64,000 nucleotides of DNA from NCBI GenBank assembly GCA_041664225.1, contig JBAYLE010000001.1:132939-196938 (forward strand). The letters run 5' to 3'. Below the pieces are notes generated by a model. That model saw only the letters and a program-made list of their open reading frames with translations. It did no database searches and was not told the origin of the DNA. Below, piece after piece: positions 56,974 through 64,000 of the stretch; the first letter of the stretch is position 1; each line of letters begins with the position of its first letter. Both the position numbers and the translations under genes were made by a program. This DNA comes from Parcubacteria group bacterium. GTDB taxonomy: Bacteria; Patescibacteriota; Minisyncoccia; Moranbacterales; UBA2206.

Positions 56974-57543
56974 ATGACCAAGAAAAAAGAAAAAGAAGAA
57001 GACATCATCGAACAAAAGGATATCGAAAAAGAGGCTGCAGAAGAGGTCGGCCGGGTTGAAAGCGAGGAAGAAATTGAAAAAATCGATAAAAAGGTTCACG
57101 AGGAACTCATAAAAACAGCCGATAAGTATCTGGACAATTGGAAACGCTGTCAAGCGAATTTCGAAAATTACAAAAAACGCCAAGTGAAAGATTCGATGGA
57201 TTTGATCCGCTATTCTAACGAAAATTTAATTATGCAAATTATTCCGGTGCTGGACAATTTCAATGCTTCGCTTGCGCATGTGCCGGAAGACAAAAAAGAC
57301 AATGCCTGGGTTACGGGCATAACCTACATCAAAAAACAATTGGAAGATATTTTGAAAAATAACGGAGTGGATGAGGTTGAAGTTAAAGCCGGCGATAAAT
57401 TTAATCCGGAAATTCACGAAGCTATCAAACAAGAATCAGAAAAAGACGGACAGGAATTTAAAAATAAAATTATGAAAGTTGCGCAAAATGGCTATAAAAT
57501 TAATGGCAAGGTAATCCGGCCGGCGCGGGTAGTAGTCGAGTAG
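56974..57543 (+). CDS. grpE: Nucleotide exchange factor GrpE
   Basis: ANFENYKKR, FNPEIHEA, GYKINGKVIRPARVVV. Confidence 0.96.
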   Translation: MTKKKEKEEDIIEQKDIEKEAAEEVGRVESEEEIEKIDKKVHEELIKTADKYLDNWKRCQANFENYKKRQVKDSMDLIRYSNENLIMQIIPVLDNFNASLAHVPEDKKDNAWVTGITYIKKQLEDILKNNGVDEVEVKAGDKFNPEIHEAIKQESEKDGQEFKNKIMKVAQNGYKINGKVIRPARVVVE

Positions 57544-57641
57544 TTATTTGAAAAATAAAAACCCCAGACATTTCTGGGGTATCGGGCGCGATAAATTTCT
57601 AAGTCTTATGTGAAAGAATATTAATTGTATTCGCGCTTGAG

Positions 57642-57887
57642 TTACATGATTTTGTGATTGGAGAGATGGTACTCGTGGTGCATGGGTATGTCGATTTTGT
57701 AAGTTGCGGCGAGCGAAGGCACTTTTTTGAGCTTGCGCTTCGCAACTTTCAGTAATCTTTCGAGTTCACCGATTATACCCCGCAGAAGCTTAATTGCGCT
57801 TCTGCTTAGTTTACTGGTTTTCTCCTCGATGTATTCGGAAATCTTTTTGATCAACTTTTTTACGTCGTCTGGTCTTAAACTCTTCAT
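57642..57887 (-). CDS. Basic hypothetical protein (81 aa, ORFan)
   Basis: MKSLRPDDV... after AAGGAG; TTGACA promoter at about 57945-57973 on the minus strand. Confidence 0.55.
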   Translation of the reverse strand: MKSLRPDDVKKLIKKISEYIEEKTSKLSRSAIKLLRGIIGELERLLKVAKRKLKKVPSLAATYKIDIPMHHEYHLSNHKIM

Positions 57888-58087
57888 GCAGAGTCTCTCC
57901 TTCTTATTTTTTTGACTTGTTTGTAAGAACGCCCGATAGAAAAACATTAGCACAAACAGGCCAATATGTCAAGTTATTCTTTCAGCCACTTATCCACATA
58001 GGTGATTGAAATAAATAATTTATAAATTAATTAAGTTTCTAGTCGAATAGTCTGTGAACTGTTGACTGTGAACTAAAAACCAATCAT

Positions 58088-60016
58088 ATGGCAAAAATAC
58101 TCGGAATCGATCTGGGCACGACCAATTCGGCGATGTCAGTCGTCGAGGCGGGCAGTCCGATCATCGTTGAAAACAAAGAAGGCAACCGGACCACGCCTTC
58201 GATGGTGGCGATCACCAAAACCGGTGAAAGACTAGTCGGACTTTTGGCGAAGCGCCAAGCAGTTACTAATCCGACCAACACTCTGTCTTCGATCAAGCGT
58301 TTGATTGGAAGGCATTTTGAAGATGCGGAAGTGCAAAGAGATTTGAAATTGCTACCGTATAAAATTATCAAAGCTAATGGCGGAGTGAAAGTGGAAATGG
58401 GCGGCAAAGAATATACCCCGCAAGAAGTTTCGGCCATGATTCTTTCCAAACTCAAAGCAGATGCGGAAGAAAAATTAGGCGAAAAAATTACCGAAGCCGT
58501 GATCACAGTGCCGGCCTATTTTGACGACTCGCAAAGAAAGGCGACCAAAGAGGCAGGAGAAATCGCAGGTTTCAATGTGCGCCGCATCATCAACGAACCG
58601 ACAGCGGCGGCGCTGGCCTATGGTTTCAATAAAAAGAAAGATGAAAAAATTGCCGTTTACGATTTGGGCGGCGGGACTTTTGATATTTCCATTTTGGAAG
58701 TTTCCGAAGACACGGTGGAAGTGAAATCGACCAACGGCGACACGCACTTGGGCGGTGATGATTTTGATCAAGTTATTATTCGTTGGATCATTGATGAATA
58801 TAAAAAACAAGAAGGTGTCGATTTGTCCAAAGACCCATTGGCTCTGCAAAGAATCAAAGAATCAGCCGAAAAAGCCAAGATTGAACTTTCAACCGCGATG
58901 GAAAGCGAAATCAATCAGCCATTTATCACCGCGGATTCTTCTGGCCCAAAACATTTGGTGATGAAAATTACGCGCGCCAAGCTCGATGAATTGGTAGGTG
59001 AATTGGTCAAGAAAACGTTGGAGCCGACCAAGAAAGCTCTGGAGGATGCAAAACTAACGGTAAAAGATATTAACGAAGTTATTTTGGTGGGCGGGATGAC
59101 CCGTATGCCGTTGGTCATCAAAGTCGTCGAAGATTTTTTTGGCAAGAAACCAAACATCACAGTGAACCCGGATGAAGTGGTAGCGATTGGCGCGGCCATC
59201 CAAGGTGGCGTGCTCCAAGGCGATGTGCGCGATGTACTTTTGCTGGATGTTACTCCGCTAACTTTGGGCATTGAAACGATGGGCAGTATTCGAACACCGA
59301 TTATTGACCGCAATACGACGGTGCCGGTTTCCAAGGCGCAGACTTTCTCCACCGCGGCTGACAATCAACCGTCCGTTGAAATTCATGTTCTGCAAGGCGA
59401 GCGGGAAATGGCGGCTGACAACAAAACCCTCGGACGATTTATTCTGGATGGCATTCCACCATCTCCGAGAGGCATTCCGCAAATCGAAGTAACATTTGAC
59501 ATTGATGCTAATGGTATTCTTTCCGTCAAAGCCAAAGACAAAGCGACGGGCAAGGAACAATCGATCCGCATTGAAGCTTCGACCGGACTTTCTAAAGATG
59601 AAGTGGAGCGCATGAAAAAAGATGCGGAAGTGCACGCGGAGGAAGACAAAAAAAGAAAAGAATTGATCGAGGCGAGAAACTTGGCTGACAATCTGGTCTA
59701 CACGACGGAAAAGGCCATGCGCGACGCCGGCGACAAAATTACGGCTGACGAAAAGAAGCCGGTCGAGGAAGCGATTACTGAACTCAACAAAGTCAAAAAT
59801 AGCGACAATCTGGAAGATATCAAATCCAAGACCGAAGCTCTGTCCCAAGCAGCCCAAAAGATAGGCGAAAAGCTCTATAAGGCCGCCCAAGACGCTTCTA
59901 CTGCCCAAGGGGCAAATCAAGGCCCAGAAGGCACGCCAAGCGCCGAAAACCCGCCGAAAGAGGGCGATCAGCCAAAAGAGGCCGATACAGAAAAACCGGA
60001 GGATAAAAAAGAATAA
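58088..60016 (+). CDS. dnaK: Chaperone DnaK
   Basis: [37 protein letters not shown]. Confidence 0.99.
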   Translation: MAKILGIDLGTTNSAMSVVEAGSPIIVENKEGNRTTPSMVAITKTGERLVGLLAKRQAVTNPTNTLSSIKRLIGRHFEDAEVQRDLKLLPYKIIKANGGVKVEMGGKEYTPQEVSAMILSKLKADAEEKLGEKITEAVITVPAYFDDSQRKATKEAGEIAGFNVRRIINEPTAAALAYGFNKKKDEKIAVYDLGGGTFDISILEVSEDTVEVKSTNGDTHLGGDDFDQVIIRWIIDEYKKQEGVDLSKDPLALQRIKESAEKAKIELSTAMESEINQPFITADSSGPKHLVMKITRAKLDELVGELVKKTLEPTKKALEDAKLTVKDINEVILVGGMTRMPLVIKVVEDFFGKKPNITVNPDEVVAIGAAIQGGVLQGDVRDVLLLDVTPLTLGIETMGSIRTPIIDRNTTVPVSKAQTFSTAADNQPSVEIHVLQGEREMAADNKTLGRFILDGIPPSPRGIPQIEVTFDIDANGILSVKAKDKATGKEQSIRIEASTGLSKDEVERMKKDAEVHAEEDKKRKELIEARNLADNLVYTTEKAMRDAGDKITADEKKPVEEAITELNKVKNSDNLEDIKSKTEALSQAAQKIGEKLYKAAQDASTAQGANQGPEGTPSAENPPKEGDQPKEADTEKPEDKKE

Positions 60017-60020
60017 CTTC

Positions 60021-60052
60021 AAAAAGAGCGGGGGATTTTCTCCCGCTCTTTT
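60021..60052 (+). terminator. Terminator after dnaK
   Basis: aaaagagcgggg-gattttc-tcccgctctttt. Confidence 0.8.
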
Positions 60053-60060
60053 GCAAATTT

Positions 60061-60840
60061 ATGGAAATATTTTTAGCATCATTGGCAATATTTTCTGGGT
60101 GGATAATTTTCCGTTTGAATATGATTTCTGAACGGGGGAAAATTATTAATTCGCTGGAAGCAATTTTAAATGTTACAAAAGAATGGTTTGCATCTTCTTA
60201 TCCAAAAGATATTGATAAGAGTGAATGGTTTGATCCACAGAGGTATGTTTTTAAGGTTGATTTTTCGATACTCCCAAATATAATTAACAGTAATCTAGTA
60301 AGTCGCGAACTAACTGTTCAGCTTACATATTTTATACAATTAATAACAAGATTCAATCAGAGTATTAACCAATTTAGCGATTATGTATTTTCTGATATAG
60401 ATTTATACAGAAAGGCAAAGGATTTTTATGATGGAAAGGACTTTGAAAATAAAAAATTTGTAGATTGTTACAATGAGTTAGATAAACTTAAAAATGAAAT
60501 AATCACAAACAAAGAGGTCTCAGGCGAACGGATTTTAATAATGGAAGAAAAGAAGAAGTTGCTATTCTATATGAATAACTGCTATTTTTTTAAAAAAAGT
60601 ATACACACGGCAACTATTGGGGAAATGGGTCATTATGGAGATGATAAATTTCCGCATCTAAACAAGTGCTTTCATAATATAATCACTTTAGTGATATGTG
60701 AGAAAAAAAATAACAAAGGTTTTTTTAATGACGATTTTCGATACATGATTGGCGATTTAATATTTTTGTTAATTCCAGCGATAATTATTTTAGTTTTAAT
60801 ATTTGATTTTGCATGTCAAAGTAAGGTTTGTTTATTGTAA
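60061..60840 (+). CDS. AT-rich hypothetical protein with N- and C-terminal TM helices
   Basis: 259-aa ORF, low GC, no recognised motif. Confidence 0.65.
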   Translation: MEIFLASLAIFSGWIIFRLNMISERGKIINSLEAILNVTKEWFASSYPKDIDKSEWFDPQRYVFKVDFSILPNIINSNLVSRELTVQLTYFIQLITRFNQSINQFSDYVFSDIDLYRKAKDFYDGKDFENKKFVDCYNELDKLKNEIITNKEVSGERILIMEEKKKLLFYMNNCYFFKKSIHTATIGEMGHYGDDKFPHLNKCFHNIITLVICEKKNNKGFFNDDFRYMIGDLIFLLIPAIIILVLIFDFACQSKVCLL

Positions 60841-60877
60841 CACTTGCTTTTACGCAAAAAAGTGGTAGGTTTATTTT

Positions 60878-61348
60878 ATGAACCAACAAAACCAAATTTT
60901 TTCAGGAGTTGCTGTTATTATAGAAAATAAGAAAGGAGAGTTGCTATTGCATCTAAGGGATGAGAATGCTCCATATATGAAAAATCAATGGTGCTTGTTG
61001 GGTGGACGGATTGACAATAAATCCCAGGAGACACCAGAGCATGCTGCTGCGAGGGAGATTAATGAAGAAATTGGCATTGTTGTTAATCCAAAATCGTTGA
61101 AATTATTCAAAGAAATTATCTTGAAAGATGGGGCTTCTAAGTCTTATATTTTTCATACCATACTTAATCTAAGTAGTGATGAAATTAAATTAGGAGAAGG
61201 AAAGGAATTTAGGTTTTTTCCAAAAAGAGAATTGTTGGACATGCTAAAAAAATTGGAATATACAAATTCATTTCTCGAAGTTCTAACTGAATTTGTAAAA
61301 TTAAAACAATTAAATTTATCATCATCTACATCACGCATAAAAATCTAA
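60878..61348 (+). CDS. NUDIX hydrolase
   Basis: GGRIDNKSQETPEHAAAREINEEIGI Nudix box. Confidence 0.9.
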   Translation: MNQQNQIFSGVAVIIENKKGELLLHLRDENAPYMKNQWCLLGGRIDNKSQETPEHAAAREINEEIGIVVNPKSLKLFKEIILKDGASKSYIFHTILNLSSDEIKLGEGKEFRFFPKRELLDMLKKLEYTNSFLEVLTEFVKLKQLNLSSSTSRIKI

Positions 61349-61477
61349 AAGAAGCCAAAAAAACAGATTGGCTTTCAGGCTTGACTTTTATCAAAAAAGG
61401 CCTAACAATAAAGTCTCTGGCCATAGATATTTTTTTACAATAATGTCTCAAAAATACCGTGAAAGGGAGGGGCAGTT

Positions 61478-61942
61478 ATGAAGAAGACAGCGTTAACTCA
61501 GGAAGAATACGAGTTTCTTCTTCTGATGTCAGCAAAACCGAGAACAGAAGAGGGAAAAGGTCTAATGAGTGCAGCTTTGAAAGAGTACTTTGAGAAAATC
61601 AACTGGGACAGTTTGGCAAGAACGCCGATGGTCGAAGATGATGACCAAAGAAGGCAAGCTGAAGAGTTTGTAGGTCCCTGTGATTTCTCGGATGGGGCAG
61701 AAAAAGTAACTCTCATGATTGACGATTCGGCAAACTGTACGGAGGCAGTTGAGCTTTTAAAGGAATGTGGTGTTCCTTTCGAAATCTCACCCTCTTCCTC
61801 GGAAAACTTGCCATGCGCCAGGTATAAAGACGAATTATACTGTGGCTTGCCGGATATCCGATTGCTTCTCGAGGGGCTTGGTTTTGGGGATAAGGCAAGG
61901 GCGCGTTGGGATCGCATGAATGCCGAAGCACTTGCAACATAA
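61478..61942 (+). CDS. Hypothetical protein with glutaredoxin-like C-terminal fold
   Basis: Strong SD; VTLMIDDSANCTEAVELLKECGVPFE...LPCARY...GLPDI resembles NrdH/Grx without a CxxC. Confidence 0.6.
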   Translation: MKKTALTQEEYEFLLLMSAKPRTEEGKGLMSAALKEYFEKINWDSLARTPMVEDDDQRRQAEEFVGPCDFSDGAEKVTLMIDDSANCTEAVELLKECGVPFEISPSSSENLPCARYKDELYCGLPDIRLLLEGLGFGDKARARWDRMNAEALAT

Positions 61943-61981
61943 ATCAGGAAGTCTAAGAGGGACATAAAAAAGGAGGTGCAT

Positions 61982-62254
61982 ATGCCCTTTAATTTAAAAG
62001 AGAAAGCTCGAGGCTTAGAAGGTGTGGTGGATGAATTTCTTATAGCGGTAAGGCCCCAAGACGAAAATAGCGCCAGGGTTATAAGAGATATTATCGCCAC
62101 ATACTGTGCTCCCCATAGTACAACGAGATATGAGAAAGCGCTTCTGAAAAGTATCGTAACCCTATCCCCTAAATCAAGAAATCTTCTTAAGCTGCTCGTT
62201 GAGCGCGGGATGAACGAAATTAAGGAGGAGATGACTCAGGATAAAGTCATCTAA
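61982..62254 (+). CDS. Hypothetical protein (ORFan)
   Basis: AAAGGAGGTG SD, 90 aa, terminator at 62276-62300. Confidence 0.6.
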   Translation: MPFNLKEKARGLEGVVDEFLIAVRPQDENSARVIRDIIATYCAPHSTTRYEKALLKSIVTLSPKSRNLLKLLVERGMNEIKEEMTQDKVI

Positions 62255-62425
62255 AAAGACCAGTTGTTATACGACGAGGGGCTGAAACAAACCCCTCTTT
62301 ATTTATGCTAAAAATCCTATTAACCTTTTTATAATAATCGGCTTTCAGGCTTGACTTTTCAAGCCTTTTATGATAATCTGATTTGAATTCGAAATCATTC
62401 GAATATCAAATCTTCGGAGGTGGAT

Positions 62426-62746
62426 ATGTCTGCTTCAAAAATTAAATCAATCGAAGCTGTTGGAATTGATCTGTTGGCCCTGAAAACTGCAACTGGTTTC
62501 TGTAAGGAAATCACACTCAGGATCGGAAACAAAGGCGAGGCGGTGGCTTCGGATTTAATCCATGCCATCTGGAAAGAAAAAATGGATGCCGTGAATGTTG
62601 GCATTCTCCTCAGGCTTTTAGGCGCTGGATATTCGCACAAGCTCGTAGAGAAGACCAAAAAATTCGTGGAAAAAAATGGCGCCTATATGATGCCCGAGCA
62701 ACTTGAGATTGCGAAGAGGCTATGCACAGGAGCCTATATCATCTGA
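62426..62746 (+). CDS. Hypothetical protein (ORFan)
   Basis: GGAGGTG SD, 106 aa, terminator ggggttgga/tccaacccc at 62763-62794. Confidence 0.6.
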   Translation: MSASKIKSIEAVGIDLLALKTATGFCKEITLRIGNKGEAVASDLIHAIWKEKMDAVNVGILLRLLGAGYSHKLVEKTKKFVEKNGAYMMPEQLEIAKRLCTGAYII

Positions 62747-62810
62747 ATGTTGAGAGAAAAACGGGGTTGGAAATTGATCCAACCCCATTTTTTTATGCTA
62801 AAATAGATCT

Positions 62811-63302
62811 ATGAGTATAAAAGCTGTTATTGGCGATTATAAAATTTTTTTAGAAAAAATTTTTAGCAACTTGAAAAGTGCCGGTTTTGAGATTGGCGAA
62901 TTTAAAGAGCTGGATCATATCGGATATCGGGTTGAGAATCTGGAAAGATATTATGAATTAAAAAAGTCGCTGGCGGAATTTTGTGAAAAAATTTCCGACA
63001 AAGAATTTGCCGGGCGACCAGTTTTGGTTTGTAAATTAAAAGAGCCTTTAAATTACGGTGAATTTAAAATCGAAGGTATCGAAGTCTTGGCGCCGAAGGA
63101 AGATAATAAATTCGAAGAAGGACTGGAGCATGCGGAATTTGTCACAAAAACTACTCTTCCTGAATTTCTAGAGAAACATAAAAACATAACATTCAATTTG
63201 GTTGCGTATGACAGAAAAGAAAATCCGGAACTTGTTTTAGAATTTGAAAATTGTGCGGTAAAATTTCACGAACAAAGTTTATTGAGAGTAAGGGGAATGT
63301 AA
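62811..63302 (+). CDS. YecM-like VOC family protein
   Basis: LDHIGYRV, GRPVLVCKL, GLEHAEFV, NPEL, VKFH. Confidence 0.82.
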   Translation: MSIKAVIGDYKIFLEKIFSNLKSAGFEIGEFKELDHIGYRVENLERYYELKKSLAEFCEKISDKEFAGRPVLVCKLKEPLNYGEFKIEGIEVLAPKEDNKFEEGLEHAEFVTKTTLPEFLEKHKNITFNLVAYDRKENPELVLEFENCAVKFHEQSLLRVRGM

Positions 63303-63361
63303 GTAATTTTTGGAAATTAATAAAAGGCGGGAGTTCTTCCCGCCTTTTCTGCGATCTCGTT

Positions 63362-63793
63362 TCACAGTTCGAAACGATATGCGTTTGTGTCTCTCTTTTT
63401 CGCGCCCATCGAGAGATAGAGCTTGTTGGCCCTCACTCTTTTGGGATTACTTGTAAGCTCGACGTGGCTCATTTTCAATTCTTTTGCTCTCTTGAGAGCA
63501 AGTTTTATGAGTTTCGTCGCGATGCCTCTGCCCCAGTAATTCTTGTCAACAACGATATCTTCGAGCGTTCCGAAAAATCCGGTTGGCTTCCAGATTTTGG
63601 TAAGTGTTGCCATGCCGATGTTTTTTGTTGTGTTGGCATCGATGGCGATAAAAAGAACACAGTTTTCCATAACTGTCGCCAACTCCAGATGAGAAATTTG
63701 TTTGGCTTTTGGCGAAAGCTGTGAGAGCAGCTTGTTTACGTCGAGGCAAGATGTTTCAGCTGGCACATTTTCAAAAAATTTGATCCCCTTCAT
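63362..63793 (-). CDS. GNAT family N-acetyltransferase
   Basis: LEDIVVDKNYWGRGIA, LTSNPKRVRANKLY; AAAGGAGGTGA SD. Confidence 0.9.
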   Translation of the reverse strand: MKGIKFFENVPAETSCLDVNKLLSQLSPKAKQISHLELATVMENCVLFIAIDANTTKNIGMATLTKIWKPTGFFGTLEDIVVDKNYWGRGIATKLIKLALKRAKELKMSHVELTSNPKRVRANKLYLSMGAKKRDTNAYRFEL

Positions 63794-63932
63794 TACATCA
63801 CCTCCTTTCGTAATGGGATAAATTATCGTAATATATTTTTAAGAATAAGTCAAGCATTTATTTTTTTAAATTGATTTTTTTGAGTATTCTTACTAGAATA
63901 AAGTTATTGCAACATATTAAAGAAAAAACAAT

Positions 63933-64000
63933 ATGATACAACTATTTGAAAACGATCTTGAGGAAAAAGATCTGGAGAATATAAATAAATTATTGTACCA
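63933..64000 (+). CDS. Start of an ORF truncated by the window edge
   Basis: MIQLFENDLEEKDLENINKLLY..., preceded by a TTGATT...TAGAAT promoter-like motif. Confidence 0.5.
   Translation, partial: MIQLFENDLEEKDLENINKLLY

Noticed and set aside
58084-60022. Long antisense ORFs opposite dnaK (and similar ones opposite other core genes)
   Set aside because: Known codon-pattern shadows of conserved genes with no independent motifs.
1-64000. Alternative genetic code (TGA=Gly) as in Gracilibacteria/Absconditabacteria
   Set aside because: Conserved genes are intact under code 11 and TGA ends genes (21942, 23583, 35738).

Overview
Core-chromosome segment of an AT-rich bacterium using the standard code (TGA acts as a stop). 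Gene content and style point to a CPR/Patescibacteria organism, probably Parcubacteria/Moranbacteria-like (inference from the short AlaRS and HrcA, CCA-less tRNAs, SD-less core genes and the VirD4-like and ftsA-neighbour genes). It carries ribosomal and RNA polymerase genes (rplJ end, rplL, infA-rpmJ-rpsM-rpsK-rpsD-rpoA-rplQ-rplM-rpsI, rplU), dnaX, recR, dnaB, a reduced dcw cluster (mraZ, rsmH, ftsL-like, ftsI, murF), isoprenoid genes (polyprenyl synthase, ispG, uppS), trxA/trxB, malic enzyme, pyrB plus pyrC and a pyrK-pyrD fusion, mnmA, alaS, cysS, dusB, corA, CIRCE-hrcA-grpE-dnaK and four tRNAs. I found no CRISPR array, transposase, integrase or prophage. The most unusual signals: (1) a ~220-nt structured element present twice 32.6 kb apart, with a 97%-identical scaffold around a variable 27-28 nt segment, plus a diverged relative; (2) short palindromes inserted in frame in dnaX, rsmH, rplQ, alaS and the VirD4-like gene, one supplying the cysS stop codon; (3) two unrelated adjacent proteins sharing a 32-aa N-terminal leader near a VirD4-like ATPase; (4) an rtT-like tRNA-Gln-linked element; (5) accessory ORFans with strong SD sites among SD-less core genes. 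All product calls come from motif recognition by eye, not database searches.
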